Below, one piece after another: positions 17,721 to 27,354 of a stretch of DNA of 64,000 bases. The position numbers were made by a program, and so were the translations under genes. Source of the DNA: Bacteroidia bacterium (GTDB lineage Bacteria > Bacteroidota > Bacteroidia > NS11-12g > UBA955); NCBI GenBank assembly GCA_044224315.1, contig JBGAKR010000001.1, positions 1,298,733-1,362,732 of the forward strand, given 5' to 3'. The notes below the pieces were generated by a model. It searched no databases, was not told where the DNA came from, and was given only the letters and a program-made list of their open reading frames with translations. The stretch's first letter is position 1. Each line of letters opens with the position of its first letter.

Positions 17721-18071
17721 TTATTTTTTTAAAGGATATTTCAAAGATTTTTCTGCGGGATGGAATGATATACATATAACTGGAGAGCTCTTGGATCCCA
17801 TACTAATCTTTATATATATTTCAACCCCTTTAACTTTTTTCCCAAAAACCCACATTTCACCTAGGTTATTAAGATTGTCTGTATAAGGTCCTTCTGAGTA
17901 ATCTTCAATAGACAAGCTTTGAATAACTTCAATTCTTTGCTTGCTTGTAAGTTCAAGGTCCAGCAAAGCTTGGGTGTTTTTACTCCTGTCATCACGAAAA
18001 ACGATTTCCCATACCTTCATTTTTTGATGAAAATCATTCAAAAATTGTTTTACCAAGTCATGAGAATTCAT
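17721..18071 (-). CDS. MqsR-family mRNA interferase toxin
   Basis: 116 aa. VIQSLSIEDYSEGPYT...GVEIYIKISMGSKSSPVICISFHPAEK aligns with E. coli MqsR IIGLSESDFYKSMTTY...GQVYLKITVIHDVLIVSFKEK. It ends 3 nt before the antitoxin start. Confidence 0.65.
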   Translation of the reverse strand: MNSHDLVKQFLNDFHQKMKVWEIVFRDDRSKNTQALLDLELTSKQRIEVIQSLSIEDYSEGPYTDNLNNLGEMWVFGKKVKGVEIYIKISMGSKSSPVICISFHPAEKSLKYPLKK

Positions 18072-18178
18072 TTTTCACATGCAAATATATAAGAAAGCCA
18101 CAAAACCAACAAAAAAGTTGTAAAAAAGTTTAAAAAGGACGTAAAACCAACAATAAAGTGCAATATACAAAGCCCTCC

Positions 18179-18370
18179 TCAGGGCCCCTTCCCCCGCCCC
18201 CGCTTCTTCAGCCACTGAATCAGGGTTTTAAGGCCCAGGGTAGTGAGGTAACCCACGCCGGCACCTATGGCGGCGCGGAGGATGAGGTCGGGGAGGGTGT
18301 CGGAGCCCAGGCTGGCCAGCATGGCCAGGAGGGTGTTGAGCAGGGTATTGAGGTTATTTGTGACTTGCAT
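18179..18370 (-). CDS. small membrane protein (single C-terminal TM helix), hypothetical
   Basis: Internal start MQVTNNLNTLLNTLLAMLASLG...AAIGAGVGYLTTLGLKTLIQWLKKRGRGKGP. GC-rich codon usage matches the adjacent 249-aa gene. The upstream extension to 18490 is hydrophobic low-complexity sequence. Confidence 0.3.
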   Translation of the reverse strand: MQVTNNLNTLLNTLLAMLASLGSDTLPDLILRAAIGAGVGYLTTLGLKTLIQWLKKRGRGKGP

Positions 18371-18490
18371 GTTTTTTGAATTGTTTTTTAAGAGCCCGGC
18401 TGGGCATTGGTTTTTTGGATGGAGAATGCATACTATTTTTAGGGTAACAAAAAGCAGGGCAGTGCAGGTTTGCACCGCCCCGCGTTTCAA

Positions 18491-19240
18491 TCACAGGGTT
18501 TCAACAATGCCCAGGGTATTGAAGGCATTATTGTTGAGGGGGTAGTAAACCCCGTTCAGTTCCTGCCCGAATTCTACCTTGATGGCATAGAACTCGGCAA
18601 ACGTACCTGTAACGGCCGGGGCCAGGGTAAAGCTAAGGTTTACCGGGGTGGTGTTGAGCGGTATGGTTTGGGGCGTGGAAATTTGGGTGTGCGACTCTTT
18701 GCTGCCAAAATCTACCTGCGCGCGGGCATGGCAAATGCGGGCATGCGTGGCGCCCTGGGGCCTGGCTATGTGCAGGCTGGGCAGCAGTCCGTTAATGTCT
18801 AGCTGACCCGTGCTGGTATCTAATTGATACTGGCATTTGAGCACCTGCCCCAGCGGACTGTCGATGTTGAACTCCAGGCCCTTGAACAAACCGATGGCGC
18901 CGGGTACGGCAAGGCCTACCGATACCAAACGCTGTCCGCGCACACTGGAAACATCCAGGTTTTTAATGCGGGCCATAAGGCTGGTTAGGCGCGGGTGCAA
19001 CTTGCCATCGCTTGCATTGGCGCTCATGCCTACAAAGGCGCTGCACAGCAGTTTACTGGCCGAAGTAATTTCGGCTAATTCCGACATGTTTTCGCGGGTG
19101 CGTTCAAAGCGCGGGTCGGTTTTAATCAGATTTCCGTCCACGCCCGATTTTTCGCGCGCCACAATTTTGTCTTTCTTTTTTACAAAGGTTACCCTACCCA
19201 GGGTACCTTCAATTTTGATGAATCCTTTTTGGATTGCCAT
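18491..19240 (-). CDS. hypothetical protein (249 aa) on a GC-rich islet
   Basis: Long ORF in a locally GC-rich (~58 percent) segment flanked by AT-rich DNA. I recognise no motif. Confidence 0.5.
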   Translation of the reverse strand: MAIQKGFIKIEGTLGRVTFVKKKDKIVAREKSGVDGNLIKTDPRFERTRENMSELAEITSASKLLCSAFVGMSANASDGKLHPRLTSLMARIKNLDVSSVRGQRLVSVGLAVPGAIGLFKGLEFNIDSPLGQVLKCQYQLDTSTGQLDINGLLPSLHIARPQGATHARICHARAQVDFGSKESHTQISTPQTIPLNTTPVNLSFTLAPAVTGTFAEFYAIKVEFGQELNGVYYPLNNNAFNTLGIVETL

Positions 19241-20010
19241 AGTGTTTAAATATTAAATATTGATGTTGTTTTTGATCGCCATCCCTGTTGTGTTTTGTGC
19301 ACCAAACCCAAGCCCGTTAGGCAATCTGAAATAAAAACGCCGGGAAGGGCAAAAAAGATACAGCCCTCGTCGCTTTTGGCGTCTTTGGCACAAAATGGCG
19401 TATTTTATCAAATATTTTCTATACGAGAATAAATTAATTACTACAATTAAAAATTCAAATTGTAGTACAAAAAACTACATCAAAAAATATTTCATATAAA
19501 TTGTAATTATTCGGGGTATTTATACGTTTAGGGTGAAATATTAAATCAGAAATAGGTATGAAAAAAAGGGTGGTAAAAATTAAAATGCAGTGCAATAGGG
19601 CTGAGGAAAAAAAACGGAATTGCCTGGCATTAATGGAACGAAGCTGTAGCACAGGATACCCATTGCATAAAGGCTGCAGCATCATTTCTTGGAATAGTAG
19701 AATAGGATAGAAGCATGCTAAAAGGTAAACAAAAAATTGCCAAAAATATGCGAAAAAGTAAATTAATAATTGAATTAAATAAAAAACAAAATCACAAAAC
19801 CTTTTGGCAGAAAGGGATACATCATAATACAGGTGGGGTAAGTTGCATAGGAGTTGCTTGTGAGTGTTGGGTAAGTTGCATTCAAGTTGCGGGTAAACTG
19901 CGCACATACTGCTGTCAGACTGCATTCAGACTGCTTCCACATTGCTGTCACACTGCACTTTGAATTTTTTAAAAAACAAAAAAATAAACCTAAAAAACCG
20001 GAGGAATTAA

Positions 20011-20196
20011 ATGAAAAAACCATTGATTTTACACTGTGCCGATTTAATGAAAATCGAAAAAATAAGTCACCGAACGGCGCAGCGGCGCATGGCACAAATT
20101 AAAAAACACTACAAAATAAACCGCCGATTTATCACCACCGCCGAATACTGCAGCTTTGCCCAGATCAGCCGCGAACATGTGTGGGAAGCGCTGTGA
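20011..20196 (+). CDS. small putative HTH DNA-binding protein (excisionase/AlpA-like), 61 aa
   Basis: MKKPLILHCADLMKIEKISHRTAQRRMAQIKKHY resembles short Xis/AlpA-type HTH proteins near mobile DNA in Bacteroidota. An AGGAGG-like sequence lies 7 nt upstream. The CCGATATCGG repeat array follows directly. Confidence 0.35.
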   Translation: MKKPLILHCADLMKIEKISHRTAQRRMAQIKKHYKINRRFITTAEYCSFAQISREHVWEAL

Positions 20197-20425
20197 ACAG
20201 CCGTACCGACAGCCGATATCGGATGGCGGATATCTGATATCTGTAACAGCCGTACGAACAGCCGATGGAACAGCCGAAAGGCAGCCGAAGAACAGCCGTA
20301 CCAACAGCCGATATCGGATCTCAGATAACGGATATCGGATCTCAGATAACGGATATCGGATATCGGATATCAGAAACAGCCGTAACGACAGCCGACAGCC
20401 GATCTCTGATTACGGATCACAGAAA
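20195..20425. repeat. minisatellite-like array R1 of the AACAGCCG / CCGATATCGG (GATATCGGAT) family
   Basis: Contiguous units such as cagccgtaccgacagccgatatcggatggcggatatctgatatctgtaacagccg ... ggatatcggatatcggatatcag. No spacers. The palindromic core CCGATATCGG recurs. Confidence 0.85.
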
Positions 20426-20689
20426 CTGTTAAAATGAGGTAATTAATTACCACTTAAATAAGCATTGCAACCCCGCAGAGCTCCTCAGATAAAAAGTGTT
20501 TATCAAACCTGAAAGGAATTTGTGAGGTGGGGCGGCTTTGCCGCGAAGTAAGACTGCGCTGCTTTTTGCCAAATAGGGGTGTTCTAATCGTTGCATCCCC
20601 TTGGCAAAAACCTTGCACTTGCCCGAACTGAAATTATTTCAGGCGGGGGCGTGGTAAATTTCTTTCCAGGTTTGATAGCTTTTTATCTG

Positions 20690-20865
20690 AAGCCCGCCCA
20701 CCAAAGGTGTGGCGGGCTAGCCTTTTTGGCTACTTTTTGCGTCTCGGCTCAGCCGAGAGAAAAAGTAGCTAGTGTTAAGTTGAGCTAACCCTCGAGGAAA
20801 TTGTTAAAAGCAGTAAAAATGCCTGGTTATTTCGGCTTAGCCGAGACCAAAATTTGAGATCGAAA
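20690..20865. repeat. composite hairpin-rich element, copy A
   Basis: Contains cccgcccaccaaaggtgtggcggg, gctactttttgcgtctcggctcagccgagagaaaaagtagctag (about 17-bp arms), gagctaaccctc and ttcggcttagccgagacca. Copy B at 25455-25835 shares every module. Confidence 0.75.
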
Positions 20866-20883
20866 GAATGATGCACGTATCAA

Positions 20884-20916
20884 TAAAAAAAGGCTGCAAC
20901 TGCAGCCTTTTTTTGA
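20884..20916. terminator. intrinsic terminator downstream of the 1313-aa T9SS cargo gene
   Basis: aaaaaaaggctgcaactgcagccttttttt: stem ggctgca/tgcagcc flanked by A- and T-runs, 20 nt beyond the stop at 20935. Confidence 0.6.
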
Positions 20917-20934
20917 AAAATATATTTTAACTTT

Positions 20935-23900
20935 TTACTGTTTTACAAATTTTATTACCCGATTTCCTGTTCCCCAATCCACACTTACATTATACACCCC
21001 GGCCTTCAGCGATTCAGTGTTTAACAAAATAGAATTAGAGGTAGAATTTGCATTATAATTTGTTTGCATAATCACACGTCCGGTAAGATCAGTGATTTGA
21101 ATATTTAATTGCAAATTCTCCGGTGTACTTACCTGCAGTACTGTATTGCTATTACTGGGGTTTGGCGCCAGTGAAACCGAAATACTGGTGGGTAATACAC
21201 GGTTGTTTTGATTGCAAATATTGGTAGAAATTTTAGCACCATTTTGTGATACCATTTCTACGCGGTAATATTTATTTCCTTCAGCCAAACTATTGTCGGT
21301 ATACTGATAGGTTTTTTGCATCAAACCACGGTCGGCAGCGCTTACCAGAACCTTGCCTATAGAGCGGAACTTACCATTCTCGTTTGCACTTAAAACATTA
21401 AAATACGCTGCATTTGCAAGTTCATAGGCAGTCCATTTTAATTCAATTCCAGCGGTATTTTTATTGCAAACCAGATCCGAAATCGACATGGGCAATGAAA
21501 TACTGTTAATGGTATAAGTGGCTACACGGCCGTCCAATCCTGCCGAATCTGTATACAAATACTGGAAGCTCATAGAGTTCTGGTAATTCATGTGTACAAA
21601 CAGGAATAAATTGGTAGGAACAAGCAAGGGAATTTCATATCGGCCCAGGGTGGGGTTCCAGAATATATAGCTGGGGTCGGTAACTGTAGGATTGGCAATC
21701 AAGAGGTAATTGGTATTGCCAACCTGGTACACCAGTACAGCATCATTGGCATCGGGGAGTGTTACAAACACAGTGGTATCGATTACTGCGCCATTTACGC
21801 CTTTCAAACGACCATCTTCAACATCAAAGCCAGACAAACGACCGGGCATTACAGTAGAATCGTTTGAGTTTACGGTTGTATCGGTACTACCCGCTACACT
21901 GTTTAAACGGATAAAGTGCGTGTAGTATGGCAAACCGGTAAGGCCTGGAACAGAATCCGCAATTATATAGTAGGTTTTATCATGGGCCCAGGGGGTGTAT
22001 TCGATTCCAAAATCTACATTGCTGATATTGGAAGTTACGGATGTTACATTCATCAATCCGTTTGGCGCGCCGGTTTCGATGCCATTGCCAGCCGCATTGT
22101 TGGTACCAAATTGCTCACCGGTTCCAACCCATGGGAATGGCAAACCATAGAATCCGGGGTCGGAAATATTGGTGCCGCGCTGGTCAGAAGAAATGCGCAC
22201 TTTGTAGTTTGAGTTGGCATCTATCAATCCCAGGCTATAGGTTCCTGTAAGCGGATTAACCCTGGAGCTGTCTACAATTACATTGCTGCTGTTTAGCAGA
22301 TATGCATAAAGCTGTACAGAAGAGAAAATGCCTTTGCCAATACCGTTTATCAGATTGTCGGTAAGGCCGGTTTTATCGTGCCAAACTTTACCGGTAAGGC
22401 TAAGTTCGGTAAATGGAAGGGTTACCACTGCATCGCTGAGGTCATCAAATCCTGCACTGTCGCGCCATACATAATTAAATGTAACGGTACCGGCACCTGC
22501 AAAGGTAGGATCGGCAGTAAGCAGCGCGGGTATAAAACCTGTCACTACCTGGCCAACAGAAATGGGGTTTCCGTTGTAATAAATATTTCCGTTGGTACCC
22601 AAAGATTTAAATACCAGGGTATTGCCTCCCTTTTTGGTTCCATCCTCTAGGTCGGAACCCGTTAGCGGATCAACTGTAACCTGCACAGTTCCGCCAGGGT
22701 TAAGCTGGGATGCCATGGTTAGGTTGTTGCTTTCCGGACGTTCGTCAATTCCAAAATTGGCATTGCTCACCGCACTGGTGGCAACCGATACGGGTAAGAA
22801 GCCGTTTACCGAACCATCATTGCCTGCACCTGCACCCAGGTTTTCGCCGGTATTTACCCAATTGGTGGGCAGGGTGGTTGCGGGTGTAGGCTGACTTACA
22901 ACCCCTTGTACTGTGCTCAGCTGAATGATATAATTGGTATTTACCGAAACAGTGGGGAATGTATAGGTTCCGCCAGAAACTGCTGTGGTTTGTACCACAG
23001 TGGTGCCAGCCGCATACAGCAGGTTGGCGTAAAGTGTGGTACCAGGTAAAGAGCCCAGGCCAAATGCATTTACAGTGTAATCCAGCAGCCCGTTTCCATC
23101 GTCATACACATTACCGGTGAGGGGAATGGCACATCCTGGGAATACCTGAATGTTGAAGGTAGCACTGCGGGTACAACCATTGCTTTTGCGGGTCATGGTT
23201 GCAGTATATACGCCCGCTGTAACCACTGTATCGGTGTATTTATCGGTTTTGTTATACCCTCCGGGCCCGGTCACATTGAGGGTGTACAGGCTGGTATTAT
23301 TGGGGGTTATGGTAAATATTTTGGCGCGGAAAGCCGAAAGGCCGTTACATACCGAATCAGTAACACTTACATTTACAGGAGGGGTGGCAGTATCGGCCAA
23401 AACGGTAATTGTTTTAGTACCTTCTGCCGCACATCCGTTGAATTTAGAAATAGAAACTGTGTATGTACCAGGTTTGTTGATATAGGCCGAGTCATTAAGC
23501 AACGTATCGCCAGATATAGGTGTACCACCCGAGGTTACAAAGCCCGAACCCGAGTTGGCGGTCCATTTCCAGTAAGGTGCATAATAGTTGTCTGCAGCGG
23601 CCGATTGACCCACAATAAGGCCCAAGGGACTGTTACAGGTAATGGTATCGGTAGAAGCATTGATAGGGAGCAAAGAGGCCACACGGAAATCCAGAGGACC
23701 TACCAGATCTTTTAAGTCGGAAGTAAAGCTGGTAGAAGCGCGTGATTTGGCCATGAATGAATTGTAAATAGGGGCGCATGGATCGCTGAACAAAATGGTA
23801 GGATCCACACCCATGGAGGTAAAGTTTACAGCAAAATCCAAATAAGCGTTTTGCGCATAGTTGTCTACGCGATTATTAGAAGCATCTTTAGCACCCCATG

Positions 23901-24837
23901 GTGGACCCGGAGTTGGACCAGTATTGTCGGTCATATTATACAAAATGCTGGCACCCGTAATATCAACGGTTGCATAGCCAAAGGTATCGTTGCGCTTGGT
24001 AAAAGTATTACCGCCATTGGGTCCGTCAAATTCACCACCGCTGGAAGGAATAAGAAATTTCAGTTTGTTACCGGGGTGTTTTGCATTGTAGTTTCTCCAT
24101 TCGCTATAACGGGTCCAGATGCGCAATTGGGCATTGGTAAGACCTGAAGAACCGAAGTCGGCTGCAAAAATTACGTCACCGATTTTGGTAGCATCACCGG
24201 TAGTGGCATCAAATACCCAGGCAGTATGCCCGGTATCAGGTCCGTAAGTAAATCTACCGGTAGTTTTGTTCAGTTTAATGGTATCCTGAATGTATTCAAA
24301 GTCGAAAAACCGGTCACCACTGCTTGCAACTGTAACTACGCTGCCTAAAAGCCATAAAGAGTCGTTTACAGTAGGTCCGCCGCGGCGGAAAGCAGTGTAT
24401 ACATCCACCAAATCGTTTTTAGCAGGTACCGAACTGGGCTCGGCTTTCCAGTAGCGCGGGTTCATACCATTCTTGGATGCACCAATCGAGGGCAAAGAGG
24501 TAAAAATGGTAGAATCGGGGTTAGAACCACCGTTCACGGCAATCTGGTCGCGGCCATATACAGCACCGATCAGCAGGTTGCCATTCAGCGGAGTATAAAG
24601 CTTGTATGCCGATTTGCGGATCAGGGCTGTGTTGTAAGTAGCAGTGTTGTTGGTACCAAAGTAATTGCGCCAGTACGCAGCACCGGTAGTATCAATGATG
24701 CCTCGTCCGGTACCTCCGTTTTTGGCAATGAACCAATCATCGGTTCCACTTACAAAAGGAATACCTCCAACAGTTTGTGCAACAGATGCTAAGCTTAGGC
24801 TCAAGAGGAGAGCCATGAGGGAATATTTGAGTTTCAT
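20935..24837 (-). CDS. large secreted T9SS cargo protein (signal peptide, Ig-like/beta-rich body, type-A CTD)
   Basis: Probable start MKLKYSLMALLLSLSLASVAQT at 24837. C-terminal LAPNPSNSNTVLQV...LKAGVYNVSVDWGTGNRVIKFVKQ is a Por/T9SS sorting domain. Confidence 0.8.
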   Translation of the reverse strand: MKLKYSLMALLLSLSLASVAQTVGGIPFVSGTDDWFIAKNGGTGRGIIDTTGAAYWRNYFGTNNTATYNTALIRKSAYKLYTPLNGNLLIGAVYGRDQIAVNGGSNPDSTIFTSLPSIGASKNGMNPRYWKAEPSSVPAKNDLVDVYTAFRRGGPTVNDSLWLLGSVVTVASSGDRFFDFEYIQDTIKLNKTTGRFTYGPDTGHTAWVFDATTGDATKIGDVIFAADFGSSGLTNAQLRIWTRYSEWRNYNAKHPGNKLKFLIPSSGGEFDGPNGGNTFTKRNDTFGYATVDITGASILYNMTDNTGPTPGPPWGAKDASNNRVDNYAQNAYLDFAVNFTSMGVDPTILFSDPCAPIYNSFMAKSRASTSFTSDLKDLVGPLDFRVASLLPINASTDTITCNSPLGLIVGQSAAADNYYAPYWKWTANSGSGFVTSGGTPISGDTLLNDSAYINKPGTYTVSISKFNGCAAEGTKTITVLADTATPPVNVSVTDSVCNGLSAFRAKIFTITPNNTSLYTLNVTGPGGYNKTDKYTDTVVTAGVYTATMTRKSNGCTRSATFNIQVFPGCAIPLTGNVYDDGNGLLDYTVNAFGLGSLPGTTLYANLLYAAGTTVVQTTAVSGGTYTFPTVSVNTNYIIQLSTVQGVVSQPTPATTLPTNWVNTGENLGAGAGNDGSVNGFLPVSVATSAVSNANFGIDERPESNNLTMASQLNPGGTVQVTVDPLTGSDLEDGTKKGGNTLVFKSLGTNGNIYYNGNPISVGQVVTGFIPALLTADPTFAGAGTVTFNYVWRDSAGFDDLSDAVVTLPFTELSLTGKVWHDKTGLTDNLINGIGKGIFSSVQLYAYLLNSSNVIVDSSRVNPLTGTYSLGLIDANSNYKVRISSDQRGTNISDPGFYGLPFPWVGTGEQFGTNNAAGNGIETGAPNGLMNVTSVTSNISNVDFGIEYTPWAHDKTYYIIADSVPGLTGLPYYTHFIRLNSVAGSTDTTVNSNDSTVMPGRLSGFDVEDGRLKGVNGAVIDTTVFVTLPDANDAVLVYQVGNTNYLLIANPTVTDPSYIFWNPTLGRYEIPLLVPTNLFLFVHMNYQNSMSFQYLYTDSAGLDGRVATYTINSISLPMSISDLVCNKNTAGIELKWTAYELANAAYFNVLSANENGKFRSIGKVLVSAADRGLMQKTYQYTDNSLAEGNKYYRVEMVSQNGAKISTNICNQNNRVLPTSISVSLAPNPSNSNTVLQVSTPENLQLNIQITDLTGRVIMQTNYNANSTSNSILLNTESLKAGVYNVSVDWGTGNRVIKFVKQ

Positions 24838-25074
24838 TTTGGTTTGAACGAACAACTGTAGAACCCCTAAAATCATAAATTTGCAGAAAAGACATAATAC
24901 TATACAAAAGCACTTTATTACTTTATGAAATGTTAAGTGGGATTTAGGTAATTGTTAATTGCAACATCTAAATTCCCTGAAAAAAATGAATTTTTGAAAG
25001 AATATTCGCACTTTGGTTAACTATTTTGGGTGTTTTATTTATTAAAATTGGATATACTAAAGATTTACAGATTT

Positions 25075-25375
25075 TGAATGGCGGATAGCAGAAACGGTCT
25101 TACGAACAGCCGATATCGGATAACGGATATCGGATATCAGATATCGGAAACAGCCTTTGTAACAGCCGATGGAACAGCCGAAAGGCAGCCGTACCAACAG
25201 CGGATATCGGATGGCGGATATCGGATATCAGATATCTGTAACAGCCTTCTCAACAGCCGATGTAACAGCCTTCTCAAAAGCCGAAAGGCAGCCGATATCG
25301 GATCGCGGATGTCGGATATCAGAAACAGCCTTACCTACAGCCGGGATAACTGATCTCAGATTTAAGATACCGGAT
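25075..25375. repeat. minisatellite-like array R2 of the AACAGCCG / CCGATATCGG family
   Basis: Same unit composition as R1. ORFs 25078-25353 and 25169-25378 are translations of the repeat. Confidence 0.85.
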
Positions 25376-25454
25376 TAAAGAAACAACTTCCATCCCCGCA
25401 TTCCAGCCCGCAGGGCGTCAACCAAGTCTTGCTCCAAAGGAGCCGATTGCCACC

Positions 25455-25835
25455 CCCGCCCACCAAAGGTGTGGCGGGGAAAAAACACCGGGACCCAATC
25501 AACTTTATTTCGTGGGCCGGCCTGTGAGAGGCGAAAAAGCCCGTCCGAATGGCTTGGCCGGGCGGACAGACCAGCCCTGCCTGATTTTACTCCGCCCATC
25601 TTTTAGATGTGGCGGAGGGGGCTGTTCCTGGTCCTTTTTTTCGCAGCTGAAATAAAGTTGAATTTGGGTGGTGATTTTTTCTGCAGTGGCTAGCTTTTTT
25701 GCGCTACTTTTTGTGTCTCGGCTCAGCCGAGAACAAAAAGTAGCTAGCAAGGAGGTGAGCTAACCCTCAAAAAGTGCGCTAATAAATGTTGCTATATTGC
25801 TTTTTCGGTCTCAGCTTAGCGGAGACCAACCAGTG
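25455..25835. repeat. composite hairpin-rich element, copy B (with ~200-bp insertion relative to copy A)
   Basis: Contains ccgcccaccaaaggtgtggcgggg, a second degenerate hairpin ctccgcccatcttttagatgtggcggag, gctactttttgtgtctcggctcagccgagaacaaaaagtagctag, gagctaaccctc and ggtctcagcttagcggagacca. Same orientation as copy A. Confidence 0.75.
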
Positions 25836-25931
25836 AAATTATGAGAAATACACAACCATTTTCGGTAAAAAAGTCAAACCTTTCCAATGCATTTACAGAA
25901 GCTAGAATGCAAACAGCGGCAACTCTATTTA

Positions 25932-26813
25932 TTAGTCAAAAGGTTGTAATTTAAACATTACCCCCAACGTAAGCTTTGACCTAGGAACCACAGGCGCAAT
26001 GAGGTAGTTTGTAAAATGATATTCCGCCAAAAAAATCAATCCCGTTATACCAAAACAGAATTGCCCCACAAATTCATTCCAACGGTTTGTGTAATTTTTA
26101 ACAATAAAATAATTGCCTTCTTTTTGCTTGAATCTATATACCATCGGCAAATTGTAATAGGCCCCGATATCGACAAAAAAGAGAGGATATTTATTAATTT
26201 TCTTTTTCGATTGCCAACCAAAAAATATACCCTCGCCCAAACTTATATTGGTTATATGCTGCCTTAAGGTGGGCTTATTTGTAAGTAAGCTGGTATTGGT
26301 TTTATAGCCCAGATGCCCATATTCCAAACGCAAATTATTACCGATATATAAATGGGTATTTAAATGTTTAACCTGATTCATGCCGCAAACAAACATCCAA
26401 TCATTTTTGGTACGAATTTGTGCAGGCAAATATTTGTCCGACCCCCAAGCCATTCCTTCATACGCCCATGCGTCTACACTATTATCCTTCTCGTAAGGGT
26501 AATACCAGGGCAGTTGCCAACTGATCATGGTAGTCGAATCCTGATAAATAAATACATGCGGAAATATGCAAAAAGTATCGCTCTCTTTCATAAAAAATAC
26601 CGTGTATTCACCCACCGGCAAGGTATCATTGGTATAGGTTTCAGTATTATTTGGTTTAAATATTTGAGTATCTTTTCCAACTATACTTATGTTTATTTTA
26701 ATCGGTCGGCTATTGGAAGTTTGGGCATTATAATTATAACAGGATAGCACTCCTTTTTGCCCAAAAACCTGCAGACCGGGTATAATAAATAAAATCACAA
26801 TCCATTTTTTCAT
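25932..26813 (-). CDS. secreted hypothetical protein (293 aa, signal peptide)
   Basis: MKKWIVILFIIPGLQVFGQ looks like a signal peptide. The ORF is clean but sandwiched between repeat arrays, and no domain is recognised. Confidence 0.5.
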   Translation of the reverse strand: MKKWIVILFIIPGLQVFGQKGVLSCYNYNAQTSNSRPIKINISIVGKDTQIFKPNNTETYTNDTLPVGEYTVFFMKESDTFCIFPHVFIYQDSTTMISWQLPWYYPYEKDNSVDAWAYEGMAWGSDKYLPAQIRTKNDWMFVCGMNQVKHLNTHLYIGNNLRLEYGHLGYKTNTSLLTNKPTLRQHITNISLGEGIFFGWQSKKKINKYPLFFVDIGAYYNLPMVYRFKQKEGNYFIVKNYTNRWNEFVGQFCFGITGLIFLAEYHFTNYLIAPVVPRSKLTLGVMFKLQPFD

Positions 26814-26852
26814 ATTAATAAATTTCTAATGGTACTTCAAATGTAATTAATT

Positions 26853-27262
26853 TTACCGACAGCCGATGTCGGATAACGGATATTGGATATCAGATGTCTG
26901 TAACAGCCGATGGAACAGCCGAAAGGCAGCCGTACCAACAGCCGATATCGGATCGCGGATAACGGATATCAGATATCTGAAACAGCCGATGTCGGATATC
27001 AGATATCGGATATCGGAAACAGCCTTAATAACAGCCGATGGAACAGCCGATAGAACAGCCGTACCGACAGCCGATAACGGATCGCGGATATCGGATATCA
27101 GATATCTGAAACAGCCGATGGAACAGCCGAAAGAAACCGAAGAACAGCCGTACCGACAGCCGATATCTGATATCTGATCTCGGATTGCGGATATTAGCAA
27201 CAGCCGTACCAACAGCCGATATCGGATCGCGGATGTCGGATATCGGATATCAGAAACAGCCG
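26853..27262. repeat. minisatellite-like array R3 (largest, about 4 higher-order units) of the AACAGCCG / CCGATATCGG family
   Basis: Higher-order unit of about 100 bp: tgtaacagccgatggaacagccgaaaggcagccgtaccaacagccgatatcggatcgcggata.cggatatcagatatc, repeated with variants. Confidence 0.85.
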
Positions 27263-27318
27263 TCTCATCCTAATCGCTTATAAAACGAAAACTTTGTAAA
27301 TGAAAACGTCAGCAACGT

Positions 27319-27352
27319 GCATGGTTTAAACAACCTTGCACGTTTTTATTTC
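27319..27352 (+). terminator. plus-strand intrinsic terminator immediately after repeat array R3
   Basis: aacgtgca-tggtttaaacaacct-tgcacgtt followed by tttatttc. The T-run is on the plus strand only and no plus-strand CDS lies upstream. Confidence 0.4.
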
Positions 27353-27354
27353 TA

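Noticed and set aside
19455-20102. ORFs 19455-19925, 19715-19963, 19775-20095 and 19887-20102
   Set aside because: They lie in an AT-rich low-complexity region with imperfect short tandem repeats (gtaagttgcat, ctgcattcagactgc). They overlap one another, have no signal or motif, and are most likely non-coding.
25375-25750. Minus-strand ORFs 25375-25599 and 25505-25750
   Set aside because: They lie entirely within copy B of the composite hairpin repeat element. G/R/P-rich translation is typical of GC-rich structured DNA.
20156-27212. ORFs 20156-20437, 25078-25353, 25169-25378, 26853-27212 and 26866-27177 with SDNGYRISD / TADGTAERQP-like peptides
   Set aside because: These are translations of the CAGCCG/GATATCGGAT minisatellite arrays in several frames on both strands. 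They reflect periodic DNA, not coding sequence.
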